Of a DNA stretch of 64,000 nt, positions 39,166-49,606 are shown piece after piece. The stretch's first letter is position 1, and the number at the start of each line of letters is the position of its first letter. Where the stretch lies: assembly GCA_036339735.1 (NCBI GenBank), contig JAYZAL010000088.1:96001-160000 (forward strand). The letters are read 5' to 3'. The notes below the pieces were generated by a model, which worked only from the letters and a program-made list of their open reading frames with translations, was not told where the DNA came from and made no database searches. The DNA is from Candidatus Poribacteria bacterium. GTDB lineage: Bacteria; Poribacteria; WGA-4E; UBA9662. Both the position numbers and the translations under genes were made by a program.

Positions 39166-40491
39166 ATGCTTCGTGTCTTGATTTTAGTTTCGTTATTAGT
39201 CGTAATTTGCTCTTGTGAATCTATGTTTAACGAAATCAATAATTCTGAGCAATTGTGGTCCTCAGAACTTGGATTGGAACGTGGTAGCTGTATTTCGTGT
39301 TTACCATCTGTATCTGAGAAAACATTGGAGAAAAACCAGCTTACCTTTAATATCGACCATATTCTTTGTATCCACTTATCAATGGAGTCATCCGATTTTG
39401 AGCAAATGAGAGAAGAATCTCGGTTTGGTCCAACGACGGAGAAGTGGGCAACACTCTGGGGTGGTGTTGTTTTGCAGTCCCTAAAATGTGATGCACCATA
39501 CCCATCCCAATTCAATTGGTATTCAGGAAACATTTCAATAGATGGATTAAATATCAGTAATGTCGGGATAAGAAAAAAGGGATTTTTAGGTTCCATATTT
39601 TCTGAAGTTCCATCAATAAAGATTGTAACTAATAAATATGTTAAGGGGCAGTATCTAGGAACAACCAAAAATATTACTCTCAACAACAATGCCCAAGATA
39701 CAACAAGGGTAACAACTTGCCTCAATGCTCGGGTCTTTGAACTAGCCGGTTATCCAGCACCTAGATGTAATTTAGCCAGTGTCACGATAAATGGTCAATC
39801 AATGGGTGCCTATTCGCACTTAGAAACTATTGATCGTGATTTTTTGATTCGACAATTTGGTAACGATAATGGCCACTTATATGAAGGTCAGCTCGTCGAT
39901 TTTTGGAAAAATTGCTTGCCTAGGTGGGAACCTAAGACTAAGCAGACCAATTCATTTGGCCAACCATTGCTTGCAATGATCAAAATTTTAGACCAAGTAA
40001 CAGACGAGCTGTTGGTTGAAAAACTTAGTCAACACTTGAATATTAAACGTTTTATTACTTTTTGGGCGCTAGAGATAATCTTAGGGCATAATGACGGTTA
40101 TACTAGCAACCAAAATAATTTTTTCATCTATTTGGATCCGAATGATAATGGGCGTATCACCTTCATACCTTGGGGGTTTGAAAATGGTAGTAATTATGAA
40201 TCTGAGTGGTCAGTGAAGACTTATTTCCAGTCCCGGCTTCCGAATAGACTCTCGCAAATCCCAGAAGTTATTATCCAACTAGAAAATGAGATGAATCTGT
40301 TATTGAAACAAGCTTGGAATGAGGCATACTTAGTCTCCCTTATAGACGATTTATCCATACAAGTTAAGAGTACAGAATCCAGTGTCCATCATTTGTATTA
40401 CTTCAATAAGCTCAAGGCCTGGATTCCAAAGCGTCGGGCTGAAGTTGAAATATTGATACAAAAGGGATTACCTAGACAGATCAAAAAATAA
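39166..40491 (+). CDS. CotH kinase family protein, probable lipoprotein
   Basis: Lipobox-like VICSC; VGIRKKGFLGS, PSIKI, LNN..QD, G.PAPRC..A.V..NG...G.Y..LE, G.LYEG, DGY....NNF..Y.DP....FIPW. Confidence 0.82.
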   Translation: MLRVLILVSLLVVICSCESMFNEINNSEQLWSSELGLERGSCISCLPSVSEKTLEKNQLTFNIDHILCIHLSMESSDFEQMREESRFGPTTEKWATLWGGVVLQSLKCDAPYPSQFNWYSGNISIDGLNISNVGIRKKGFLGSIFSEVPSIKIVTNKYVKGQYLGTTKNITLNNNAQDTTRVTTCLNARVFELAGYPAPRCNLASVTINGQSMGAYSHLETIDRDFLIRQFGNDNGHLYEGQLVDFWKNCLPRWEPKTKQTNSFGQPLLAMIKILDQVTDELLVEKLSQHLNIKRFITFWALEIILGHNDGYTSNQNNFFIYLDPNDNGRITFIPWGFENGSNYESEWSVKTYFQSRLPNRLSQIPEVIIQLENEMNLLLKQAWNEAYLVSLIDDLSIQVKSTESSVHHLYYFNKLKAWIPKRRAEVEILIQKGLPRQIKK

Positions 40492-40502
40492 ATAATAACC
40501 AA

Positions 40503-41207
40503 ATGAGGTGTGTTCTTTTACTTACTTTAGTGTTAGTTTGTTCACCAAATTGGGCACAAATTAAAACCTCAGACATAGATCGAAGTTTTGGACTTTGGTT
40601 GTCAACTCAGGCCAACTACAAATTTAATAAAAAATGGACTTTCAGTATTGAGGAACAATACCGATTAAAAGACAGTCTGACATCCTTTGATCGTCTACTA
40701 ATAGAAATAGACGTTAATTATAATTTACTAAAGCAATTTGAACTAGGATTTGGATCACGGTACCTTTGGCTAAATGACGATATTGGAGCCCAAAAAGGAT
40801 TTGAGCACCACGTTCGCTTTCATTTATACATCAGTCACAAAACTAGAATAGGAAGGTTATCTCTCAGAAATCGGTTTAAGTATCAGCAGCAAAACGAGAT
40901 AGGGAAATCGCGTTTGCATGGAGATTATACCAGTCGAAATTACCGTTGGAAAAGCTTAATTAAATATGAGATTAGGAACTGGAGGCTAGATCCGGAAATA
41001 GCTACCGAATTCTTTTATCATTCCCAATTGGGTCAATTAAGTGGTTTGTTAGGGTTGAAATATCGATTGATGTTGGGAACTCGATATCAAATTAGCAAAA
41101 ATCGGCAGGTGAAATTCAGACTCATAACGGAAAAAGAATTACAAATATTTAATCCTCAACGCAATAATTTTATAGAAGTTAAATACAGTTTTTCTTTTAA
41201 AAAATAG
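40503..41207 (+). CDS. DUF2490-like outer-membrane beta-barrel protein
   Basis: Signal peptide; FGLW......Y...KKW....E.Q.R, R.R...R, amphipathic strands, C-terminal Y.F; 11 nt after the CotH gene. Confidence 0.75.
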   Translation: MRCVLLLTLVLVCSPNWAQIKTSDIDRSFGLWLSTQANYKFNKKWTFSIEEQYRLKDSLTSFDRLLIEIDVNYNLLKQFELGFGSRYLWLNDDIGAQKGFEHHVRFHLYISHKTRIGRLSLRNRFKYQQQNEIGKSRLHGDYTSRNYRWKSLIKYEIRNWRLDPEIATEFFYHSQLGQLSGLLGLKYRLMLGTRYQISKNRQVKFRLITEKELQIFNPQRNNFIEVKYSFSFKK

Positions 41208-41252
41208 ATACTTATAAAGTGAGTCGTAGAGACTCAGGTTTCTAAGGTTAAA

Positions 41253-41777
41253 ATGACAATTCAATTTTTTTCACTTGTGTTTTTATTGCTTTTACCATCA
41301 CTTGGTTTTTCGAATCAAGGGACGGAACCTTCTCTCATGAAAGGAACTTTCTCTCGACAAATCGGTTATGGCATGTTGAATGGGAGTATTTTAGGCAATA
41401 CTACTCTACTTTTTGGAAGTGCATTAAGTTTTGAAGCGGCTGAAAAATTACCGTTTTGGGTGGGGGCTACACTTGGGGCTTCAACAGCCCTTAGCTGGTA
41501 CATAATCAGCACTGAAGGTTGTTGTAAGGGTATTTTCAAAGCATATCGTGATGCAGGAAACGATCCGAATTACCAAGGGTCTAGGTGGTTGACTCGCTTG
41601 GTTGTGGTCTTGAGTAAACCTTTAATGTGTGCCGGAATTGTTGTAGGTCTGAGTGGAGAAATAATAGGACGGGAAGGATTAAGCCCAAAGATTGGAATTC
41701 CAGTCGCCTTAGTTTCTTTGAGTATTCCTTCAGTCGTTGGTAGTTTGACGTACAATTTGACACGCAAATACCGGTAG
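41253..41777 (+). CDS. Hypothetical small membrane protein
   Basis: Signal peptide plus Gly-rich hydrophobic segments; follows the DUF2490-like gene. Confidence 0.5.
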   Translation: MTIQFFSLVFLLLLPSLGFSNQGTEPSLMKGTFSRQIGYGMLNGSILGNTTLLFGSALSFEAAEKLPFWVGATLGASTALSWYIISTEGCCKGIFKAYRDAGNDPNYQGSRWLTRLVVVLSKPLMCAGIVVGLSGEIIGREGLSPKIGIPVALVSLSIPSVVGSLTYNLTRKYR

Positions 41778-42332
41778 TTTACAAATAATACGAATCACAA
41801 AAAAAGAATTTAACAAATGTATAAACCAACTGAATTTCTGCTCTGTTTCAATCAGTATTACCTCGATTTGGTTTTTTGGCAAAAAACAAATTCTTTTTGT
41901 TGACATCGACTGTATAAACCATCCCGTCGCAGATAGACTAAAATCGATATCTATCTCCTATAACCGTATTCGTTTTCTGAGTTAAACTACCTGTTGTTAT
42001 TGCTTCATCTTTCTTATTACTTAGTCTAACTGAAATTGGAGTATCTTAAGTCAAATTCGCGTTTGTATTAAGTCTATCGAATTATTTCTAATCAATTATC
42101 TATTTAGTATAAGTAATCAAAATAGTCATTAAGATTGCAACAAGTCCAACGGTCTGTATTCATTTTTAATGTTTTTACTTTTAAAAGTGAGGAAAACTAT
42201 TTGGTTCTCATTAGCAATGAGAATAACAGAACACAGTAAAAATTGATTCCGACTACGATACTATCCATTCAGAATGAAAATCCTATTTTGAAGAGTTAGT
42301 AACTGAAAATCGACATTAAAAGGGAGACTATA

Positions 42333-43250
42333 ATGAAAATTGAGATTGGTGTTAAAAGCGACCCAATACAGTATCGATACACATACGAATGGCTTTTTGA
42401 TCTGATGAGGGAACAAAAAGTTCGCTATTTACAACTGGGTAGTTTTTTTGAACTTTATATGTTAGACGACTCCTTTTTTAAAGACTTGCGTAACTTAGCT
42501 GAAAAAAAAGATATTGAAATTAGAAGTTGTTTTACTGCGCATCGAGAATTAGGAGGTTTTTTCTCTCAAGATCGGCGCTTAGAAAGAGTCGCGAGGAAAT
42601 GCTACGAAAGGTTTATCGAAGTCGCAGCCCTAGTTGGCGCAGACTTTGTGGGTTCCAATCCTGGTTCAATATGTAGAGACTTGATGAAAACGAAAGAGAT
42701 GGGAATCGCTAATTATCTTGATAACATGAAAGGGTTAATGGAATATGCTTTTTTAAAAGGAATTAAAGGGTTGACAATTGAGCCAATGTCCTGTTTGGCT
42801 GAGCCTCCAACCTTACCGGAAGAAATAGATCATATGATGAACAACTTGAACGATTATTATCAAGAAGAACAGTATAAAAGAGTTCCAGTTTATCTTTGTG
42901 GTGATATTTCACATGGTTATGCAGATCAGGATGGAAACGTAATTCATAGACATGATGAATTATTCGAACATCAAATACCTTATATGTGTGAGTTTCATAT
43001 CAAAAATACGGACTCAATATATCAAAATACTTTTGGTTTTTCCGTGGAGGAACAGAAAGCTGGAATTATCCATTTGACAGATCTTAAAAAGCAAATTCTG
43101 AGTAATTCCAAACTTTGGCCGGTTAGTAATCCTATAGGCTATCTCGAGATAAGTGGACCTAAAAAAGGAAGGGATTATAGTGACAAAAAATTAAGTAATA
43201 ACTTAAGCCGATCATTAGAAGCGATTACTGAAGTTTTTGCTTCTGATTAA
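42333..43250 (+). CDS. Sugar phosphate isomerase/epimerase-like TIM-barrel protein
   Basis: GVKSDPI.YRY, FTAHRELGG, GSNPG, TIEPMS..AEPP, D..HGY, E.H.KNTD, YLE..GPK.GRDY; GGGGAG RBS. Confidence 0.75.
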   Translation: MKIEIGVKSDPIQYRYTYEWLFDLMREQKVRYLQLGSFFELYMLDDSFFKDLRNLAEKKDIEIRSCFTAHRELGGFFSQDRRLERVARKCYERFIEVAALVGADFVGSNPGSICRDLMKTKEMGIANYLDNMKGLMEYAFLKGIKGLTIEPMSCLAEPPTLPEEIDHMMNNLNDYYQEEQYKRVPVYLCGDISHGYADQDGNVIHRHDELFEHQIPYMCEFHIKNTDSIYQNTFGFSVEEQKAGIIHLTDLKKQILSNSKLWPVSNPIGYLEISGPKKGRDYSDKKLSNNLSRSLEAITEVFASD

Positions 43251-43484
43251 AAAATGGATTTTAAAGAAATATATAACGATTGAGACCTGATTGCATACTG
43301 AATTACTAAGAGATGAATCAGTCAGTAAATTTGAAAAATGTAGGAAAGAGACTTAGGTCATTATTACGAAATTTTCTTGTTGAGTCCAATAAAATTGCTT
43401 GTTAGTGGATAAGATCATTCTAACTCAACTGTTAATTTACGATGGTTCTGATCTGTACCTATGTAGTTGATAGTAAAAAACGAC

Positions 43485-44378
43485 CTAGTTCGCTGTGGCA
43501 ATTAAGAAAATTCCAGCTACCATAGTTGAAGCAGAAATCAGTCGTAATTTTAGTTGTGATTCGCCTAAGCTGAGGCCTCCAAGTAGGACAACAAAGATGA
43601 CTGAGAATTGACGAATAGCACTTATGTAGCTTACTGGTTCAGTCATTAAGACATACAAAATCAAACTATAGGAAGAAATTTTGAGGAAAGTCGACACAAA
43701 AATCCGTTTTGTCGACTTTCGGCCGGTGGTCATTATCTCTTTCCAAGGGAAACGGTATACAATATAACTAACGTAGAGAACTGATGATAGAAAAGATTCA
43801 GCTAAAAGGTACACAATCGCATTCATAATTTTGAAATCTCCCACCTGACCATAAAACTCAGCCATCCCTTTTTTGTCTATGATTGAATATGCTACAACTG
43901 TCGCTAAAGTTGAAAAAGACCAAAAAGATTCTGGTTTTTTCAGATAATCCATGAAATTATGGATACTGTGTAATCCTTCTGGTCGGATTAGCAGATAGAC
44001 GGAAACCAGAGTACAGAAAATACCAATTACTCCTTGAAACGAAATCTTCTCACCCAGAAATAAAATAGCAAATATAGGTATTAATCCTGGCGCAGAACGA
44101 GTAATGGGATAGACATATGAAATTTCACCGGCAGTATAAGCTTGACTTAGAGAAACAAGATAAACAAAATGGACGATTGCAGAAGCAATAATATATAACC
44201 AAATAGGTGACGGAATCATAGGCCGAAGAGTCAGAAAAACAGTAGCTGAAATAGAAATGCTAGCCATGGATATCCATGCTAAAAAGAGTTGAGGAGAGTT
44301 GCTAGCCTTGCTCAAATAATTCCAACACGCGTGACATAAAGCAGAAAGTAAAACCAAAGCAACGACGTAGATTTCCAT
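43485..44378 (-). CDS. DMT/EamA family transporter
   Basis: LSA..HA.WN...K, AY..G..S.VYPI.R..P, GE, YS.IDK, S...A.RQ.SV; about 10 TM segments. Confidence 0.88.
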   Translation of the reverse strand: MEIYVVALVLLSALCHACWNYLSKASNSPQLFLAWISMASISISATVFLTLRPMIPSPIWLYIIASAIVHFVYLVSLSQAYTAGEISYVYPITRSAPGLIPIFAILFLGEKISFQGVIGIFCTLVSVYLLIRPEGLHSIHNFMDYLKKPESFWSFSTLATVVAYSIIDKKGMAEFYGQVGDFKIMNAIVYLLAESFLSSVLYVSYIVYRFPWKEIMTTGRKSTKRIFVSTFLKISSYSLILYVLMTEPVSYISAIRQFSVIFVVLLGGLSLGESQLKLRLISASTMVAGIFLIATAN

Positions 44379-44435
44379 TTAACTTAACCCAAGTCTATTA
44401 ATGGAAAATTCATTAATAGTTTATATCATTATATT

Positions 44436-44465
44436 CAAGAGTCAGATCAATTAAATTGACTCTTG
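44436..44465 (-). terminator. Hairpin right after the phyH-like stop codon
   Basis: caagagtca (44436-44444) / tgactcttg (44457-44465). Confidence 0.4.
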
Positions 44466-44468
44466 TTT

Positions 44469-45380
44469 TCATTTGGTATAGCCGTCTTGATTAGTCTTTC
44501 GCCAATCAGGTAAATACCCTTCAGTTACCCCAAATCCATAAGATGGACCGATTTGGTTCTGAGTTGACCATGGCCATCCCTGACCACCAATAATTCTGTA
44601 CTCGTCCCCTTTTCCACATAACCAATAAAACATATGTGCTGCATATCGAGCAGAGTTGTGTCCACCATAATCTGCAGTATGAAAGTCGAAATTCTTCTCT
44701 ACAATCCAATCTCTTTTTGGTGGTACAGTGCGCCAATAATTGTATTTAAGCATATGCCTCAGTCCATTTTGGGTAGATTTCCCACGACGGTGCAGGATAC
44801 TCTGGTGATGGATACCTAGAGTTCCAGCTGGCCCTTCACTGAGCACTCCTTTGTCTTCTGGCTTACAGTTAGTATGTGTAATATGCGATCCTGGTAACAA
44901 TTCAGTTGGTCCTAACTCGGCTGGTGTATCTTGAGGAAAGTAGAAAACTTCGAGAAAATTAAGCTCAGGACCAAAAACACAATCAGCATCATGATGCCAC
45001 TGCTGGGCTTCCGCTGGGCACTTTACCTTGTGATGACTAGCTAGAATAGGTAACCCAACATTCTTACCTAGCAAAGAACGCATAATACCAATCAGTGATT
45101 CATTGAGTAGGACGTATTCAATGAACCAATCTTCCAGAAATATAGTGCTGGGCTCATGTGAGCTACGTATACGATCTAGTTCTATCTGATTCATTCCAAC
45201 CGGGATAAAGCTCGGGTTAGCTGGTATTTTTCCTTCTAGATAGTCACATGTACGCTGATTGATATCATCAGGTACGACTGCTGGAAGTATCAGGTATCCT
45301 CGCTTACAAAAGTCTAGGATCTGGTTATCAGCCAACGTTGGTGAGCAATCGAAAGTTCGAGCAGTGTTGTCGTAAATCAT
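44469..45380 (-). CDS. Phytanoyl-CoA dioxygenase (PhyH) family dioxygenase
   Basis: F...GY, QQWHHD, YFPQDTP..LGPT..LPGSH, GPAG....H..I.HR; ATG 45380 with AAGGA RBS. Confidence 0.82.
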   Translation of the reverse strand: MIYDNTARTFDCSPTLADNQILDFCKRGYLILPAVVPDDINQRTCDYLEGKIPANPSFIPVGMNQIELDRIRSSHEPSTIFLEDWFIEYVLLNESLIGIMRSLLGKNVGLPILASHHKVKCPAEAQQWHHDADCVFGPELNFLEVFYFPQDTPAELGPTELLPGSHITHTNCKPEDKGVLSEGPAGTLGIHHQSILHRRGKSTQNGLRHMLKYNYWRTVPPKRDWIVEKNFDFHTADYGGHNSARYAAHMFYWLCGKGDEYRIIGGQGWPWSTQNQIGPSYGFGVTEGYLPDWRKTNQDGYTK

Positions 45381-45802
45381 CAATATTTCCTTATGGATCG
45401 ACTACTAATTGGATCTTTTAAAGCGATACCATTCTCCTGAGTTATTATTTCTCTCGTTATGCAATTATTTACTGTACAAGATCGGCTAAGAAAAGTATAT
45501 TGAATATCTATACCTTTCTGTTTTATTGGGTGTTAAACAAAAAATGTGATTATCCGCTTTACGTATTGGCCTCCGGTATCTTCATCATTACAAGAAATTT
45601 ATAAATGGTTATGCATACTTTTGGATTGAAGTGTGCTCGCTCACCTATAAACTGATCATAATTTGAGCAGTTTTAATCTGATATGTAAACTATATCATTC
45701 TAGTTATACTAGCAATAGTTATTTATGTTGTTGAAATTGATAAAAATTAAATGAAGTATGGAAGATCAGAATATGTTTCTTGAAGTTGTATATTACTCGT
45801 TA

Positions 45803-45850
45803 TTGTCAATTCTATATCAAATTGACAACATATTACCTCTCATCTACAAT
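45803..45850 (+). promoter_or_regulatory. Near-consensus sigma70 promoter with an inverted repeat overlapping -35
   Basis: TTGACA (45822-45827)-17 nt-TACAAT (45845-45850); IR ttgtcaatt (45803-45811) / aattgacaa (45820-45828). Confidence 0.7.
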
Positions 45851-45918
45851 GCAAAAATATGAAATTAGTAAACTCTAATTGATTATTTGAACATATAATC
45901 ATACTGAGTAAGAAAAAA

Positions 45919-46749
45919 ATGAAGATTGCAGCTTACCAACTATTGACAGGACCAGATGTCCAATTGAACCTGGAGCAGGTTATCCTCGGTATAGAGGAAG
46001 CAGCTGACTTAGGAGTACAAATTTTAGCATTCCCTGAAGGATGTCTATTTGGATATTGTTGTTCTCAGGATTATTGGAACCAGATGCACCCCTCAATTTT
46101 TAAGGAAGCAGAGGAACGAATTAGCAAGCTATGCCTGAAATATCGAATAGCTATTGTTATTGGCTCTGCTAGTTTTGAAAATGGAGGTTGGTATAATGAT
46201 TTAGCGATATTTGACTCAGATGGTGTCCTGAAGCATCGATATGCAAAGACCTTTTTAGCAGGAGAAAAATGGTGTGAAAATTCACAAAAGAAAATACCAG
46301 TTGTTGACCTAGCGGGTGTCCCATGCTCTTTTATTATTTGCCACGATATCCGTTATCCGGAGCTAGTAAGGCTACCTGCCGCAATAGGAGCACAAATCTG
46401 TATCTTTTGTTCTTGTGAGTCTAATTTATTGAATGAACATAAACTGTCAGCTTACCGAGCTATGCCGATCTCTCGCGCTACTGAAAGTGGTATCTATTTA
46501 CTCATGGCTAATACACCAGGGAATCCATCGAACTTAGCTGATCCAGGTTCTTCCCATGGTAATTCGAAAATTGTTGATCCTGATGGTAACGTGATATTAG
46601 AAGCTGGATACTTTGAGAACCGATTAGTAATAGCAGATATAGACCTGAATCGGTCCACAGGTTGGGTCGCAAAACGAGTGCTGAAAGAAAAAACTCAACT
46701 CCAAGATTGGTTTTATAAAGGTGTTTCCGAACTAGTAGAAAGAATTTAA
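45919..46749 (+). CDS. Carbon-nitrogen hydrolase (nitrilase superfamily)
   Basis: Glu-Lys-Cys triad: FPEG, YAKT.L, ICHDIRYPE; G.S.IVDPDG. Confidence 0.9.
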   Translation: MKIAAYQLLTGPDVQLNLEQVILGIEEAADLGVQILAFPEGCLFGYCCSQDYWNQMHPSIFKEAEERISKLCLKYRIAIVIGSASFENGGWYNDLAIFDSDGVLKHRYAKTFLAGEKWCENSQKKIPVVDLAGVPCSFIICHDIRYPELVRLPAAIGAQICIFCSCESNLLNEHKLSAYRAMPISRATESGIYLLMANTPGNPSNLADPGSSHGNSKIVDPDGNVILEAGYFENRLVIADIDLNRSTGWVAKRVLKEKTQLQDWFYKGVSELVERI

Positions 46750-46911
46750 CCTCGAATTGATTTTGCTAAATTCGTTTATATGATAGTGTCTATAAATTTA
46801 ACTCACGATGTTTCCTATTAATTGTTTCATAACTTATTACATAAAATTTAATCCTAAAAATTTTCTAATGGTCCATGGTAGTGGATCTTTTTTTGAAGTT
46901 AGAGGAGATAA

Positions 46912-47685
46912 ATGAATCTTCGAGTTGCAGGAGCACAAATTTCGGTTTCGACAAATATTGATGACAATGTAGCAATAATCGAGCGTGCAATCGATTACGC
47001 TAAAGATGAGCAAGCAGAGATTTTAGTAACACCTGAGGGATCGCTCAGTGGATACACTCACCAGTTCGATTCGCAAAAGGTTAATGAAGCACTAATTCGA
47101 GTGAGGAAAAAGGCCAAAACTGCAGGAATTGGTTTGGCATTGGGAACTTGTTTTGTAGAACCTGAAGATCAAAAATGTTACAACCAGATCCGATTCTATA
47201 ATCAAAATGGAATCTACCTAGGATTCCATAGCAAGATTTTGACATGTGGGAGTATGACCAACCCACCTGAAGGTGAAATCAATTACTATACAACTAGCCC
47301 GCTACGAACCTTTGATTTCAACCAAATCAAGGTCGGGGGTCTGATCTGTAACGACTTATGGGCTAACCCAGGTTGTACACCAAAACCAGACCCCCACTTG
47401 ACTCAAAAATTGTCAGATATGGATACCCAAATTATATTTCACGCAGTCAATGGTGGAAGGAGTTCGGATGAGTGGTCTGATGTAGCATGGGAATACCATC
47501 AATCTAATCTCCGAATGCGAGCTAGATCTGGTCATGTATGGGTTGTAACAGTTGATAATTGTAAGCCAATAGAAATTCGTTGTTCTTCTCCCTCCGGTGT
47601 GATTAATCCGCAAGGAGAATGGGTTTGCCAGGTACCATCCAAAGGCGAACAGTTTTTTTGCTACTCTATTATCGATCCATCTTGA
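46912..47685 (+). CDS. Carbon-nitrogen hydrolase (nitrilase superfamily)
   Basis: TPEGSLSGY, HSK.L, GLICNDLW, SGVI.P.G.W; GAGGAG RBS. Confidence 0.88.
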   Translation: MNLRVAGAQISVSTNIDDNVAIIERAIDYAKDEQAEILVTPEGSLSGYTHQFDSQKVNEALIRVRKKAKTAGIGLALGTCFVEPEDQKCYNQIRFYNQNGIYLGFHSKILTCGSMTNPPEGEINYYTTSPLRTFDFNQIKVGGLICNDLWANPGCTPKPDPHLTQKLSDMDTQIIFHAVNGGRSSDEWSDVAWEYHQSNLRMRARSGHVWVVTVDNCKPIEIRCSSPSGVINPQGEWVCQVPSKGEQFFCYSIIDPS

Positions 47686-48163
47686 ATCCAGATCAGATAG
47701 ATTTTCATTCTCAATGTAGAATATCAAGAGTCTGATTTTAACAATATTCAGAAACCCATTTAACAGAAAGCGTCCGACTAATCGGAGAAATAGCGTTTCG
47801 ACTGATATTATTCAATAGATACTGGGAACAAAAAAGGTAGAAAACACAACGACTAGTTCAAGGTAGACTATGCTTAGTTTTATTTTCGGGAATCAAATTA
47901 AGTGGGTATTAGAATGCAATAGTTTAATATAATTGTGTCAGCACAGCCACTTTCACAATTTATATTCATATTTTTCTACTTCCTTTGTGCCTGATTTTAC
48001 TTGTTCTCGGTCGATACATTTGATTTTATATTAGGTATTAAGATAAAAATAATTTATCCTAGTACAGGAAAACTTATGTAATTGACTCTTATAAAAGATC
48101 AGTCAGAAAATATAATTAATTATTGTTTAGAAAAATGAGATCTTATTCTAATTAATACTGTCT

Positions 48164-49390
48164 TTAGTTATGTGCTCTGGCTTTAGCTAGTCCTAAACGC
48201 ATTGTGATAAATGCTAGACTACTAAGCAAAAACCACCCAACAACTAGCGGGAATAATGTTTTTTTGTAGTTTTGACCGACAATTGTTCCACAGGCCCAAG
48301 AGATTGATGTAGAGATTGAACCAATAACAGCAGCTGCTATTCCAGCTCTTTCTCCCATGGGTTCCATTGCCATAGCATTTAAATTACCCATTAGAAAACC
48401 TACCTGAAAAAATAGACAACATAGAAATAACATAGTTATCCACAAAGAAGTCTGTCCATTGCCGAAAAATATAAACACTAAGAACATTAACGAAAAACTT
48501 ATCATTAACAAAAGGGCAGTAGAAGCAAGTCTTATCATACCTAATTGCTTGACTAGGCTTGAGTTTAAAATCGACGATATGCCTACAGACGTTGCCAATC
48601 CAGCAAAAAAAAGAGGAAAGCGATCTTGCTCTTGATACAAATCAGCAAAAATCTGTGGGGCAGACATTAAGAATCCTACCATATTTCCGAAAACGAAACC
48701 TTGTGAGACAGAAAATAAAAAAGTTGTCTTTTCTTCCAAAACCAGACGAATTTCCTTCAACAGTAAGCTCGCATTAAATGTCTTTCGATTCTCCATAAGA
48801 AGTGTTTCTGGTTGCCGGATCCCTAGCCAAAAAACGACAACCGTAGCGTGAGTGAGCAGAAGTACAAAAATTGATCGATAACTATAGTATTTTAATATCA
48901 ATTGTCCGAGGCTAGGAGCTAGTGCCGGAACAATAATGAAAATACTTATTACGATTGACATGATTTTTGCCATGTCAGCTCCCACATATTGATCTCGGAT
49001 TATAGCTTGTGAGATGACTCGAGCAGAAGATACACCTAACCCCTGTAGCAGTCGTCCAAATAGCATGACTTTAAAGTTAGTAGCATGATAGGAAACAATG
49101 CAGCCAATAGTAAAAATAAAAATGCCAACGAAGAACGATCGCTTACGACCAATTATGTCAGACAAAGGTCCGTAAAGAAGCTGGCCAAATGAAAATGCTG
49201 CGAACATTACACTTATCACTAATTGGGCGCTATTTTCTTTGACAACTCCAAGATCTTCTCCAATTATTGTGACTGCTGGTAGTATCGTATCAATGGAGAG
49301 TGCCGATAGGGCCATCATCATAGCCAGTAATGGTATTAGTTCAATCAAAGACAAACGATTTTTGTAGGTGGAAATTATGTTATCTGACAC
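48164..49390 (-). CDS. MFS drug:H+ antiporter, Bcr/CflA subfamily
   Basis: ALSID..LPA, GQL.YGPLSD..GRK, GR.LQG.G, A.IRD.Y.G..MA..MS, P.LAP..G, PETL. Confidence 0.9.
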   Translation of the reverse strand: MSDNIISTYKNRLSLIELIPLLAMMMALSALSIDTILPAVTIIGEDLGVVKENSAQLVISVMFAAFSFGQLLYGPLSDIIGRKRSFFVGIFIFTIGCIVSYHATNFKVMLFGRLLQGLGVSSARVISQAIIRDQYVGADMAKIMSIVISIFIIVPALAPSLGQLILKYYSYRSIFVLLLTHATVVVFWLGIRQPETLLMENRKTFNASLLLKEIRLVLEEKTTFLFSVSQGFVFGNMVGFLMSAPQIFADLYQEQDRFPLFFAGLATSVGISSILNSSLVKQLGMIRLASTALLLMISFSLMFLVFIFFGNGQTSLWITMLFLCCLFFQVGFLMGNLNAMAMEPMGERAGIAAAVIGSISTSISWACGTIVGQNYKKTLFPLVVGWFLLSSLAFITMRLGLAKARAHN

Positions 49391-49606
49391 TCAGAAATTC
49401 CTTCTCTTTTGCATTATTCATTTAAATTTAGGCACAATATTCCCATCTGTACATATAGAAAATAGATTTTGAGGTGTCTAAACTTAATCAATTTTCAGAT
49501 GATTGATAAAACATCATATATTCAGACGTAAATCGTAGTACTCAGAAATTTGCTGAAGCCACTTTTTTGAGAAATTTCTTCACACACTATCGAATTCAGA
49601 AATAAT

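Noticed and set aside
42205-42223. Palindrome ttctcatt-agc-aatgagaa, superficially Fur-like
   Set aside because: Half-sites are reversed relative to a Fur box, it occurs once, and the downstream gene is not iron-related
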